NCBI GenBank assembly: GCA_040384765.1
Contig: JAZKIQ010000004.1
Location: forward strand, 71,424-135,423
DNA from: Patescibacteria group bacterium
GTDB lineage: Bacteria > Patescibacteriota > Minisyncoccia > Phycocordibacterales > JBBUBG01
Direction: 5' to 3'
DNA: 64,000 bases
In this document: one piece after another, positions 9,021-18,663 of the stretch
Position numbering within the stretch: the first letter of the stretch is position 1
Layout: each line of letters opens with the position of its first letter
Position numbers and translations under genes: made by a program
The notes under the pieces: generated by a model
The model's database searches: none
What the model was told of the DNA's origin: nothing
Seen by the model: the letters and a program-made list of their open reading frames with translations, nothing else

Positions 9021-10237
9021 TGAAGTTCTCGTACACTGCCAAAACAAAAGCCGGAGATACCATAACCGGCATTGAAGAGGCTGCCGACAAGTTTGACCTT
9101 GCCAGGCGGCTTCGAACGGTGGGGTCTCTCGTTGTGCGGGCCGAGGAGGCAAAGGGAAATAAAGGAGTTTCACTTTCGCTCTCGTTCGGTACGCTTTTTA
9201 AGCGTGTGAAGCTCGAGGAGAAGATTTTTTTCACCACCAACCTCTCAGCCATGCTCTCTGCGGGCCTTTCGCTTGCGCGCGCTCTTGATGTGCTTACCCG
9301 GCAGACAAAAAACCCGGTGCTGCTTGCGGTCATCGAGGCTACTGCCCACGATATCGACAAGGGATCAAGTCTTTCGGAAGCGCTTGGTCGCCACCCAGAG
9401 GTGTTTCCAGAAGTGTTCACTGCCATGGTGGCGGCAGGAGAGGGCTCGGGAAAACTGCCCGACTCTCTGCGGCTGATCGGCGAGCAGCTTTCAAAGACGT
9501 ACGCCCTTCGCAAAAAAATCCGCGGTGCGCTTATCTATCCGGCGATTATCGTGACCGCGATGGTCCTCGTGGGTATCCTGATGCTCACCTTTATCGTCCC
9601 AACTCTCTCTGCCACGTTTGAGGAGCTCCATATTACGCTGCCGCTCTCTACTCGCCTCATTATCGGACTTTCGCATTTTGTGGAGCGAAACGGCATATAT
9701 CTTTTGCTTGCTCTTCCTTTCATCGGATACGCTTTTCTCAGAATGAGCCGAAGCGAGAAGGGAAAGCGATCGGTAGATACGTTTCTGATCCATGCACCAC
9801 TCGTCTCGCCGATTGTGCGCAATATGAACGCTGCCATGACCAGCCGGACACTCTCCTCGCTTGTTTCGTCTGGTGTGGAGATCGTGCAGGCGCTCGACAT
9901 TACGAAAAAAGTAATTCAAAACTCGTACTATCGAGCCGTGCTTACGAACGCCCAGAAGTCGGTCGAAAAAGGTGGCACGCTCGCCTCGGCGTTTCTCGCC
10001 GAGGCGAAGCTGTACCCAACACTGCTCGGCGAGATGATCGATGTAGGGGAGGAGACCGGAGCACTTTCAGATATGCTTTTGCGCGTGGCGGTGTTTTATG
10101 AAGGAGAGGTGGATACAGTGACCAAGGATCTTTCTACGGTGATCGAGCCTATATTGATGGTGTTTGTTGGTGCCGCAGTGCTCTTTTTTGCGATCTCGAT
10201 GATTCAGCCTATTTACAACATTAGCGCCGGCATATAG
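9020..10237 (+). CDS. pilC: Type IV pilus inner-membrane platform protein (PilC/GspF)
   Basis: FTTNLSAMLSAGLSL, AMVAAGEGSGKL, ALIYP, VGEETGAL, IEP; two T2SSF repeats. Confidence 0.95.
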   Translation: MKFSYTAKTKAGDTITGIEEAADKFDLARRLRTVGSLVVRAEEAKGNKGVSLSLSFGTLFKRVKLEEKIFFTTNLSAMLSAGLSLARALDVLTRQTKNPVLLAVIEATAHDIDKGSSLSEALGRHPEVFPEVFTAMVAAGEGSGKLPDSLRLIGEQLSKTYALRKKIRGALIYPAIIVTAMVLVGILMLTFIVPTLSATFEELHITLPLSTRLIIGLSHFVERNGIYLLLALPFIGYAFLRMSRSEKGKRSVDTFLIHAPLVSPIVRNMNAAMTSRTLSSLVSSGVEIVQALDITKKVIQNSYYRAVLTNAQKSVEKGGTLASAFLAEAKLYPTLLGEMIDVGEETGALSDMLLRVAVFYEGEVDTVTKDLSTVIEPILMVFVGAAVLFFAISMIQPIYNISAGI

Positions 10238-10240
10238 AGC

Positions 10241-10717
10241 ATGTCTAAAACCTCCAGCTTTTTCAAAAGAGGGTTCACCGCCGTTGAAATTTTGGTTGTT
10301 GTGGCAGTTCTCGGCATCATCGCGGCTATCGTGATCACCCCTTTTGGGGGCTACCGTGCAAATACGCTCCTTGATAGCACGGCATCTCAAGCCCTTGCGC
10401 TTCTCTCTGCTGCGCGCACTCGCACACTCGCTTCTCGTGGTGGCATGCGCCACGGCGTACATCTTGAGGCAGGAGCGCTCATCCTTTTTGCAGGCGATAC
10501 ATACCAGGCTGGTGCCGCCACAAACGAGCCGTACACCCTTGATGACGCCGTAGAGGTGGCTTCGATCACGCTTTCGGGAGGGGGGAGCGACATCCTGTTT
10601 GAGCGCCTTACGGGGAAAACATCCAAAAGCGGTAGTTTTGTAGTTCGTCTAAAATCTGATACGACCCGCTTGCGCACCATCTCCGTAACAGCGACCGGTC
10701 TTGCCAGTGTTCAATAA
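10241..10717 (+). CDS. Type IV pilin-like protein (GspH/FimT-like)
   Basis: Prepilin cleavage motif RG|FTAVEILVVVAVLGII. Confidence 0.9.
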   Translation: MSKTSSFFKRGFTAVEILVVVAVLGIIAAIVITPFGGYRANTLLDSTASQALALLSAARTRTLASRGGMRHGVHLEAGALILFAGDTYQAGAATNEPYTLDDAVEVASITLSGGGSDILFERLTGKTSKSGSFVVRLKSDTTRLRTISVTATGLASVQ

Positions 10718-10721
10718 TTCG

Positions 10722-11216
10722 ATGAAAAGAAACGCTCTCAAAGCAGGGTTTGGAATCGTTGAGGTGGTTGTCGGTTCTGCAGTCATCGCTGTGGTTGTGT
10801 TTGGATTTACCTCGCTCTCCGCCCAGCTTTTGCGCACATCGTATGCAAACTCTGATCGCGTAAAGGCGGTACACCTTTCCGAGGAGGGGATCGAGGCGAT
10901 ACGTTTTATCCGAGATAGCGACTGGAACACCTTTTCAGCACTCACCAATGGGGCTTCGTACGATGTCGTGCTTTCGGGTGGTGTTTGGCAGGCGTCGGCT
11001 TCGCGGAGCATGATCGACGGGCGCTTCCTTCGCACGGTCATGCTCTCGTCGGTATATCGCGACACCGCAGGTGCAGTTGTGGCAAGCGGCGGCACGCTCG
11101 ATGCCGACTCTCGCAAAGTTGTGGTGTCGATCGAGTGGAAGAACCATGCCAGCACCACTCCTGCGGCTGCTTCGACGACAGAGACGATCAGTACCTATCT
11201 CAACAGGATCTTCTAA
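10722..11216 (+). CDS. Minor pilin (PilV-like)
   Basis: AG|FGIVEVVV motif; AVHLSEEGIEAIRFIRD. Confidence 0.85.
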   Translation: MKRNALKAGFGIVEVVVGSAVIAVVVFGFTSLSAQLLRTSYANSDRVKAVHLSEEGIEAIRFIRDSDWNTFSALTNGASYDVVLSGGVWQASASRSMIDGRFLRTVMLSSVYRDTAGAVVASGGTLDADSRKVVVSIEWKNHASTTPAAASTTETISTYLNRIF

Positions 11217-11217
11217 T

Positions 11218-11727
11218 ATGCATCGATTTTTAAACACAAAAGGGGTGCGCGGCTACACGACTATGGAGCTTGTGGTGTACCTTGCGCTCTTTATAGTGCT
11301 CTCGCTCTTTCTTACGCAGGCCCTCTCTACGATGGCGCGCTCATTTCTCGCGCTTCGCCTCAACCAGTCAGTGACCGCGAGCGCCTCTGATATCCTTGAG
11401 AGGATGGTGCGCGATATGCGCCTCGCCAGCAGTATCGATACTGCCCAAACTATCTTTGATGCCTCTCCGGGCAAGCTTGTGCTCCAAGCAGGTGCCACTA
11501 CTACCGAGTATGCCCTTCTCGACGGCGCCATCACGCTTAGGGAAAATGGCATTTCGACCGGGCAGATTTCCAACCCAGGGGTGGTGGTGAGCTCGCTCGT
11601 TTTTCGAAAGGCGAGCAGTACGAGTGCTCTTTCGGTGCGAGCGGAGTTTTCGCTCTATGACAAACGTGCGGCTAGCACCACGAAGCGGACGTTTTATGGC
11701 ACAGCACTTCTGCGTGGAGGATATTGA
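11218..11727 (+). CDS. Minor pilin (PilW-like)
   Basis: RG|YTTMELVVYLALF; LERMVRDMRLA. Confidence 0.85.
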   Translation: MHRFLNTKGVRGYTTMELVVYLALFIVLSLFLTQALSTMARSFLALRLNQSVTASASDILERMVRDMRLASSIDTAQTIFDASPGKLVLQAGATTTEYALLDGAITLRENGISTGQISNPGVVVSSLVFRKASSTSALSVRAEFSLYDKRAASTTKRTFYGTALLRGGY

Positions 11728-11730
11728 TCT

Positions 11731-12888
11731 ATGCCTAAAGCCTTGAACCTAAAACCTAAAACTTATCGTGAAGGGCAAATAGTCCTCCTTTCCGTTTTCT
11801 TCATGGTGCTCATGTCGCTCGGGCTTCTTCTCGGGGGTACGGTCCCGCTCGTGCGAGAAACCCAAACGGTGAGAGATATCTCGCACTCTCGCGACGCATA
11901 CTACTGGGCAGAAGGTGCTGTGGAGGACGTGGTGTATCGGATAAAAAAAGGGTACTCAGTGGGGAGTAGCGTCTCTGTGCCTATCGATGGGTCGAATGTG
12001 GTGGTGACGGTGACAGATGTTCCTGGCTCACGCATCGTGAGCGCTCTCGGAGACAAAAATAGCGATCGCAGGCGCGTGCAGGCGACGGTGGTGGCGGGTA
12101 CTGGTATTTCGTTTAGCTACGGCATTCAGGTGGGTTCTCAGGGTATTTTCCTTGATAGCAATGCGGTCGTGAATGGGAGTATTTATACAAACGGAAGTGC
12201 AGAGGGAGAGAACGGATCAGCCGTGACGGGCTCGCTCTTTGCTGTGGGGAGCATCAGCTCACCCGACCCAGAGGTCACTGGCCAGGTGCAATCGGGAGCC
12301 GAGCCTCTCGCGCTTCCGGAAGTAGATATTGACTCGTGGAAGAGTGCCGCCAATGTGAACAACAACCCTATCGTGGGAGATGTTACCTATTCGGGTGCTG
12401 GCAACAGTCTCGGACCGCGCAAGGTGGTGGGAAATATGACCCTCAGTAATGGCGCCACCCTTACCGTTACAGGGCCACTTCATATTACGGGCAATCTTAT
12501 CCTCGATAACAACTCTACGCTCAAGCTCGACTCTTCTTTTGGCTCTGCGGGTACTGCGATCATTGTCGACGGAGAGGTCACGCTGTATAACAATGCGCTC
12601 GTGCTCGGTACGGGCGCTACGCCAAAAGGGTATCTCCTTATCCTCTCGACCTCTTCGTCAGCAAACGCGATAAAAATCGACAACAATGGAAACGCGCAGG
12701 CCTATTTTTATGCCTACAACGGCACGATCGTACTCGATAACAATGCGGGTGCCATGGCCATCGTGGGGCAGCGTGTCGTTCTTAATAATGGTGCGGAGGT
12801 GAATTATGAAATCGGCCTGGCACACCCTCAGTTTTCAAGCGGGCCAGGTGGCACCTTTGAGGTGAAAGGTTGGAAGGAGACCGAATAA
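11731..12888 (+). CDS. PilX-like minor pilin with beta-rich C-terminal domain
   Basis: EG|QIVLLSV, AYYWAEGAVED, repeated LDNN/LSNG motifs, ends WKE. Confidence 0.8.
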   Translation: MPKALNLKPKTYREGQIVLLSVFFMVLMSLGLLLGGTVPLVRETQTVRDISHSRDAYYWAEGAVEDVVYRIKKGYSVGSSVSVPIDGSNVVVTVTDVPGSRIVSALGDKNSDRRRVQATVVAGTGISFSYGIQVGSQGIFLDSNAVVNGSIYTNGSAEGENGSAVTGSLFAVGSISSPDPEVTGQVQSGAEPLALPEVDIDSWKSAANVNNNPIVGDVTYSGAGNSLGPRKVVGNMTLSNGATLTVTGPLHITGNLILDNNSTLKLDSSFGSAGTAIIVDGEVTLYNNALVLGTGATPKGYLLILSTSSSANAIKIDNNGNAQAYFYAYNGTIVLDNNAGAMAIVGQRVVLNNGAEVNYEIGLAHPQFSSGPGGTFEVKGWKETE

Positions 12889-12897
12889 GGTAGGCTC

Positions 12898-13000
12898 AAA
12901 CCTGCAAAAGCTATTTGCCGTCGCTGTCTGGCGCTGCTGCGCCAGCGCTGACTCTCGCGCCGTCGCGCTGCTAGACACGGCAAATAGCTTTTGCAGGTTT
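12898..13000 (-). repeat. Structured element related to family A
   Basis: 24-bp perfect inverted arms enclosing two hairpins; ctcgcgccgtcgcgctgctag closely matches ctcgcgccggtcgcgctccctag in copy A3. Confidence 0.75.
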
Positions 13001-13073
13001 TCGCTGGGGCGGCAGAGAATACGCACCCTTGATTCTCTCGGCGGGCTTACGCAACCTGTGATAAAGTGGATTG

Positions 13074-13829
13074 ATGAAACGGAAACTCATTGTCGCTAAC
13101 TGGAAGATGAATCCCGATACGTCACTCGAAGCCCTCCATCTCTGGGAGGAGATCGGGAAGGCCTCTTCGGCGCTTAAAAAAACCTCGGTCGTAGTCTGCC
13201 CTCCAGCGATCTATGTAGGGCTCGTGGCAGGGCAGGGGGGGCAGGCTCTCCTTGGAGCTCAAAACTGTTCCGCATCTTCTGAGGGAGCGCGTACGGGGGA
13301 AGTGTCAGCTTCAATGCTTGCCAACGCTGGCGTGGCGTATGTGATTGTGGGACATTCGGAGCGCCGCGCGATGGGGGAGACCAACAACGACGTTTCTGAA
13401 AAAGTGGCTGCAGTGCTTCGTGCAGATATGGTGCCTCTCGTGTGCGTGGGGGAGCGCGTGCGCGACCCGGACGGCTTCTACCTTAAGGAGACGACAACGC
13501 AGCTTGAAGAGGGGCTTGCAAAGGTGTCTAAGAAAAATCTTTCAAAAATAGTGATCGCCTATGAGCCGGTCTGGGCGATTGGCAAAAACGGGGCTGGCCC
13601 CGCTTCGGTAACCGACGTGCTTGAGATGGTGCTCTATATCCGGCGTGCGCTTATACGGATCTTTGGCAAGGAGGCGGCCAAAGTGCCGGTGCTCTATGGG
13701 GGGTCGGTAGAGGTAAAAAACGCGGCGGAGTTTATGGAGCACGCAGGTATCGACGGGCTCCTTGTTGGGCGTGAAAGCCTAAACACAAAGGCCTTCCCCG
13801 AGCTGCTTCGTATTGTTGATCACCTGTAG
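13074..13829 (+). CDS. tpiA: Triosephosphate isomerase
   Basis: ANWKMN, VIVGHSERR, IAYEPVWAIG, VLYGGSV. Confidence 0.98.
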   Translation: MKRKLIVANWKMNPDTSLEALHLWEEIGKASSALKKTSVVVCPPAIYVGLVAGQGGQALLGAQNCSASSEGARTGEVSASMLANAGVAYVIVGHSERRAMGETNNDVSEKVAAVLRADMVPLVCVGERVRDPDGFYLKETTTQLEEGLAKVSKKNLSKIVIAYEPVWAIGKNGAGPASVTDVLEMVLYIRRALIRIFGKEAAKVPVLYGGSVEVKNAAEFMEHAGIDGLLVGRESLNTKAFPELLRIVDHL

Positions 13830-13830
13830 C

Positions 13831-14901
13831 ATGTCTCTTCCTTCACTTCGCAAGCTCGAAGGCGGTGCGCTCCATGGTAAGCGCGTTTTTGCGCGTGTCG
13901 ACTGGAATGAGCCGGTGGCGGAGGGTGTAGTCAAAGATGATTTTCGGATACAAAAAACCCTTAGCTCGCTGCGGTTTATCCTTGCGCACGCAGAGCATCT
14001 CACTATCGCCACCCATCTTGAGGAGGATGACGGGGATGTCACACCGCTCTTTGAGAAGTTTCTTTCGTTCCCCGGCATCAGAGAGCATCAGTCGAAGATT
14101 TCGATGCTCGAAAACCTTCGAAAAGATCCCCGAGAGAAGGCGAACGATCCCGCGTTTGCAGCAGAGCTCGCTCGGATGGCAGATATATATGTGAACGAAG
14201 CGTTCGCGGTGTCGCATCGGGAGCATGCGTCTATTGTGGGTATTCCAAAGCTGCTTCCACCCTATGCTGGGTACACACTCGAAGATGAGGTGCGGGAGCT
14301 TGGGCGGGTGTTTACCCCAGAGCACCCGTTTGTTGCCGTACTCGGTGGCGCAAAGTTTGAAACGAAGATTGCACTCACGAAGCGCTTCTCGGAGCTCTCT
14401 GACACTATTTTCATCTCGGGAGCTCTCTGTATCGAATTTTTTAGATCAAAGGGGTACGAGATGGGCTGCTCGATCGAAACACCGGTACTGCATGAGGTGG
14501 CAGAGTTTTTGCACAATGCAAAGATACAGCTTCCCAAAGATATAATTACTGAAAAAGGAGAGGTGAAGCGGCCAGATCAGGTGGGAAAAGATGATGCAGT
14601 GCGCGATATCGGACCCGCGACAGTGCGCGAGATGACTGATGCGATCGCCAAGGCGAAGCTCGTGGTGTGGAACGGCCCGCTCGGGAAATATGAGGATGGG
14701 TTTACAAAAGCAACCGACGATCTTGCAGAGGCGATCGCAAAGTCAGGCGCCTACTCTATTGTGGGCGGGGGAGATACGCTTACCTCGATCAAGAAGCTCG
14801 ACCTTTTGTCGAAGTTTGATTTTGTATCGACGGGCGGAGGCGCGATGCTCGACTTTATTGCTGAAGGTACACTTCCTGGAATCGAAGCTCTTAAAAACTA
14901 A
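13831..14901 (+). CDS. pgk: Phosphoglycerate kinase (short form)
   Basis: RVDWNEP, LENLR, NEAFAVSHR, LGGAK, WNGPLG, GGGDT, STGGGAML. Confidence 0.97.
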   Translation: MSLPSLRKLEGGALHGKRVFARVDWNEPVAEGVVKDDFRIQKTLSSLRFILAHAEHLTIATHLEEDDGDVTPLFEKFLSFPGIREHQSKISMLENLRKDPREKANDPAFAAELARMADIYVNEAFAVSHREHASIVGIPKLLPPYAGYTLEDEVRELGRVFTPEHPFVAVLGGAKFETKIALTKRFSELSDTIFISGALCIEFFRSKGYEMGCSIETPVLHEVAEFLHNAKIQLPKDIITEKGEVKRPDQVGKDDAVRDIGPATVREMTDAIAKAKLVVWNGPLGKYEDGFTKATDDLAEAIAKSGAYSIVGGGDTLTSIKKLDLLSKFDFVSTGGGAMLDFIAEGTLPGIEALKN

Positions 14902-15251
14902 AGAGCTGCTCGAATTTTCTCTACGTTGTCTTTAAGGTCGGCCATATTCTTTTCGGTATTTGGCCACACCCACACATGGGCGTGTGCTACATCTTCGCCA
15001 AACACCTGGCTTCGGATGAGTTCTGCGCCGAAGGCCTCTTTTTGGGCTAGCGCGATCTTCCTCACGACTTCAAAATAGGGGCCGATCTCAGGCACATCCC
15101 ACACCCATCGGTAATGCTGTTTGGGGATTATCTGGGTGTGCCCCGTACCGCGCGGATGAATATCAAGAAAGGCGAGGAAAAGGTTGTCCTCGTACACCAC
15201 CAGAGCAGGGATCTCTTTTCGTACAATTTTGCAAAAAATGCAGTCAGTCAT
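14898..15251 (-). CDS. HIT family nucleotide hydrolase
   Basis: DCIFCKIV, AFLDIHP, GHTQIIPK, HAHVW (third His replaced by Trp). Confidence 0.92.
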   Translation of the reverse strand: MTDCIFCKIVRKEIPALVVYEDNLFLAFLDIHPRGTGHTQIIPKQHYRWVWDVPEIGPYFEVVRKIALAQKEAFGAELIRSQVFGEDVAHAHVWVWPNTEKNMADLKDNVEKIRAAL

Positions 15252-15281
15252 AGGTGGAGTATAGCGTGATACAATCCGGCG

Positions 15282-16916
15282 ATGGAAGAGTATCCCGAGC
15301 TGTTGCGCACCCTGCTTCTCAATCGTGGTATTACCACGAAAGACGAGGCAGAGCGATTTTTATACCCAGACTATGAGCGCGATCTGCACGATCCATTTCT
15401 GATTCTTCATATGGAGCGTGCGGTAGAGCGTATTTTGAAGGCAGTTGCTGATCAAGAAAAGATTGTTATTTGGGGCGACTACGATTGCGACGGTATTCCA
15501 GGCTCTGTGGTACTACACGACTTCTTTCAGAAGATTGGCTATGCCCATTTTTCAAACTATATTCCTCATCGCTACCTCGAAGGATATGGCCTCAATATTC
15601 CCGGTATCGAAAAACTCGCGGCAGAGGGAGCGAAGCTGATTGTCACGGTTGATTCGGGTATTACTGATGTCGAGCAGGTGGCGCGTGCAAACGAGCTTGG
15701 TGTCGATGTTATCGTTACTGACCATCATCTGCCGCAGGAGGTGCTTCCGAATGCGTATGCTGTCCTCAATTCGAAGCAGGCAGAGGATACCTATCCATTT
15801 CCGTTTCTGTCGGGAGCAGGCGTTGCTTTTAAGCTGGTCCAAGCCCTTCTTTTGCGAGGAGGCTTCGATGTAAAAACGGGATGGGAGAAATGGCTCCTCG
15901 ATGTTGCTGGCCTTTCGACCATTGCTGACATGGTGCCGCTTGTGGGAGAGAACCGTGCGCTTGCGCACTTTGGACTTCGAGTCTTGCGTCGTACTCCGCG
16001 TCTGGGCCTGCAGGCTCTCTATCGAAACGCTCGACTTAACCCAGATCATCTCACCGAAGATGATGTTGGCTTTACCATCGGTCCTCGCATCAATGCCGCC
16101 TCTCGCATGGGGGAGCCTATTCGAGCGTTTGAGATGCTCTCTACGCGTGATCCACTGGCTGCTGGAATGATGGCTGCGTATCTCGAGGAGAAAAATGATG
16201 AGCGGAAGTATGTGGTCTCAGAGATGATCGCAGAAGTTGATGCGCTCGTCGCGGCTCGCAGTACCGAGCCGGTTCTTGTTGTGGGGTCACCAAGCTGGAG
16301 ACCTGGAGTTGTGGGGCTTGCTGCATCAAGAATTGTAGAGCGATACGGACGCACGGCCTTTGTGTGGGGTGGTGAGGGATGCTCTGACCTCAAAGGTTCA
16401 TGTCGTTCTGATGGGACAGTCAATATCGTAGAGCTGATGAGAAATGCAGAGGCCGAGACGTTTCTTGGATTTGGAGGTCATGAGCAGGCCGGTGGCTTCT
16501 CAGTGCATCGAGATCGTATCGGAGCCCTCGAAGAGCGGCTGATGGTCGCGCACAGGGCAACGGCGCCACTCTCCAAGGGAAAGAGTGAGCGTCTTGTCGA
16601 CGCAGCTCTTTCGCTTGATGCAGTCACCTGGGATACCTATCGGCTTATCGAGCAGCTTGCTCCGTATGGAGAAGGGAATCCGAAGCCGATCTTTTCATTT
16701 GAGGTCAGGCCAACTGCTTCGCGTCGTTTTGGCAAGAAAAAAGAGCATCTCGAGGTGACTTTTAAAAAAGAGTCAGGGGAGCCGGTAAACGCCATCCAGT
16801 TTTTTTCGAGCAATGAGCTTCCTCGACCGGGAGAGAAGATGTCGATGCTTGCTCATATCGAAAAGAACACGTTTAAGCGCACTCCGGAGCTACGATTGCG
16901 CATCGTTGAAGCGTAG
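15282..16916 (+). CDS. recJ: Single-stranded-DNA exonuclease RecJ
   Basis: GDYDCDG, EGYGLN, TVDSG, TDHH, PRINAASR, GGH, APYGEGNP. Confidence 0.97.
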   Translation: MEEYPELLRTLLLNRGITTKDEAERFLYPDYERDLHDPFLILHMERAVERILKAVADQEKIVIWGDYDCDGIPGSVVLHDFFQKIGYAHFSNYIPHRYLEGYGLNIPGIEKLAAEGAKLIVTVDSGITDVEQVARANELGVDVIVTDHHLPQEVLPNAYAVLNSKQAEDTYPFPFLSGAGVAFKLVQALLLRGGFDVKTGWEKWLLDVAGLSTIADMVPLVGENRALAHFGLRVLRRTPRLGLQALYRNARLNPDHLTEDDVGFTIGPRINAASRMGEPIRAFEMLSTRDPLAAGMMAAYLEEKNDERKYVVSEMIAEVDALVAARSTEPVLVVGSPSWRPGVVGLAASRIVERYGRTAFVWGGEGCSDLKGSCRSDGTVNIVELMRNAEAETFLGFGGHEQAGGFSVHRDRIGALEERLMVAHRATAPLSKGKSERLVDAALSLDAVTWDTYRLIEQLAPYGEGNPKPIFSFEVRPTASRRFGKKKEHLEVTFKKESGEPVNAIQFFSSNELPRPGEKMSMLAHIEKNTFKRTPELRLRIVEA

Positions 16917-16983
16917 TGGGTCCTTGATAGTAGTATGCTTTGTAGTATCTTGTAGCGAGACCGCCGGGTAGCCGGCAGGAGGT

Positions 16984-17436
16984 GTGTCTCTGGAGAAGTG
17001 CCTCTTTACACCAAAAGAGGTGGGGGAAGTTGTCGGCGTTTCATATCGCCAGATCCGGTACTGGGGAAAAACCGGTTTCATCAAGCCGACAGCGATGAGA
17101 AATGGAAAGCATCGGCTTTTCACAAAGAAGGATGTCTGTCTCTTTGCCGCGGCGAAGCATTTCCGCGAGCATTACAGCATCCCGAAACTACGGGGGTTTA
17201 TGCAAGATATCGCGCAAGGGTTGCGCGATTGCTACCTCCCGCTTCCCGGCCTTGTGATCTTGATACAGGGGGGAAGGGCGTTTGTGATCTCGGGACAGGT
17301 CGTTGGATCGTTTCCAGGCACGCACGTCTTTAGTCTCGCGCCCGTGTGCGAGACAATAAAGCAGATGTACCCTGATACGGAGGATGGGCTCAGATTGAGC
17401 AAATCGCTCCGTATTGTGGGGCCAATGGCGGCCTAG
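16984..17436 (+). CDS. MerR-family HTH transcriptional regulator
   Basis: FTPKEVGEVVGVSYRQIRYWGKTGFIKP..GKHRLF; AGGAGG upstream of the GTG start. Confidence 0.8.
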   Translation: MSLEKCLFTPKEVGEVVGVSYRQIRYWGKTGFIKPTAMRNGKHRLFTKKDVCLFAAAKHFREHYSIPKLRGFMQDIAQGLRDCYLPLPGLVILIQGGRAFVISGQVVGSFPGTHVFSLAPVCETIKQMYPDTEDGLRLSKSLRIVGPMAA

Positions 17437-17526
17437 GTCAGTACCTGTTTTGTATAGGACTTGTTGCGCGGGCACCCTTTCTTTGGGTGCCCGTTTCATT
17501 TGCATCTGTTACTATCTTTTGTATCT

Positions 17527-17988
17527 ATGACCCCAAAAATAATCGCGTATACCGACGGGGGCTCGAGAAATAACCCGGGCGCGGCAGGGTCTGGGGCCTA
17601 TATTATCGATGCGGAAGGGAACGTCCTCAAAAAGGCGTGGAGGGCGCTTGGTGTCGCGACCAACAATGTTGCGGAGTATACGGCAGTGATCCTTGCTCTC
17701 GAAGAGATAAAAAAGTTGGTGCCGGAAGCGGCGCGAAAAGATGCGGAGATCGAGATCCGGATGGATTCAGAGCTTGTATGTAGACAGATGATGGGGAGAT
17801 ACAAAATAAAAGCACCAGGATTGAAGCCGCTGTATGCAGATGTGCGAAATCTGATTATCGACTTTCCAAAAACGAAATTTGTTCATGTGCGGCGCGAGCT
17901 AAACAAAGATGCGGATGCTCTTTCGAATGTGGCGATGGATGAAAGTGAGAAGATGCTAGCGAGCGCGAAAGAAGGGTTGTTCAAATAA
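17527..17988 (+). CDS. rnhA: Ribonuclease HI family protein
   Basis: YTDGGSRNNPG, TNNVAEY, DSELV, HVRRELNKDADALSN. Confidence 0.93.
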   Translation: MTPKIIAYTDGGSRNNPGAAGSGAYIIDAEGNVLKKAWRALGVATNNVAEYTAVILALEEIKKLVPEAARKDAEIEIRMDSELVCRQMMGRYKIKAPGLKPLYADVRNLIIDFPKTKFVHVRRELNKDADALSNVAMDESEKMLASAKEGLFK

Positions 17989-18098
17989 ATAAAACAGTAT
18001 CTTTTTTGGAACACGGATATTTTTCTGGTGAAAAATTCCTCGAGCTCGCTTCGATCAAGCTCGCTAGTTTCCAAAAAAGATACTGTTTTATTTATTTG
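17982..18098 (-). repeat. Family A copy 2
   Basis: 30-bp perfect inverted arms (17982-18011 / 18069-18098); core nearly identical to copy 1. Confidence 0.9.
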
Positions 18099-18107
18099 GT
18101 GCGCTCA

Positions 18108-18611
18108 CTAGCGAGAGAGGAGGAGGATTGAGAATGCAAATACGAGTGCTTGTGATCCGAGGCCAACTAGGTCCCATTTGAGGCGGGTCTTCGCATGCCA
18201 CACATCGTGAAACTCTTTGAGCTCTTTCACGGGTGTTTTGCGCCAGAACCAGTAGACGGACTGCAGTGCGTCGGGAAGAATAGCTCCGATGGCGACGGCA
18301 GCGTAGGGGAGAAGGCCGGAAAAGGAGAGCTCGGGGCGTACTACCAAGATTCCAGCTGCTGTGCCAACGGCCACATCAAACGTAATCTTTAAGAGATCTT
18401 TTGCAATATTGCGAGAAGTGGGGTGGAGCTCGATATGGAGAACCTCTGCGCGCTCCTGTTTTGCCGTGCCTAAGTGGTAGTCGTAGTGGGGGATCGCGTC
18501 AGCGAGGTAGTGCGTAAACATGCCAAAAAGAAACCCGAGGCCTGGGTTTGCTATGCCGATCATTGGCTTTGCTAGGGCTTCTGCTATTACAATATGAGTT
18601 GCCAGGGTCAT
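18108..18611 (-). CDS. Membrane protein, putative metal-dependent hydrolase-like
   Basis: MTLATH, THYLADAIPHYD, LPD and FHxxxH motifs within TM helices. Confidence 0.75.
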   Translation of the reverse strand: MTLATHIVIAEALAKPMIGIANPGLGFLFGMFTHYLADAIPHYDYHLGTAKQERAEVLHIELHPTSRNIAKDLLKITFDVAVGTAAGILVVRPELSFSGLLPYAAVAIGAILPDALQSVYWFWRKTPVKELKEFHDVWHAKTRLKWDLVGLGSQALVFAFSILLLSR

Positions 18612-18613
18612 GG

Positions 18614-18652
18614 AGTATGTTTTAAAAGCATCCGCTGCTTTTAAAACATACT
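18614..18652. repeat. 17-bp perfect inverted repeat between divergent genes
   Basis: agtatgttttaaaagca-tccgc-tgcttttaaaacatact. Confidence 0.8.
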
Positions 18653-18663
18653 TTAGCATAGGT

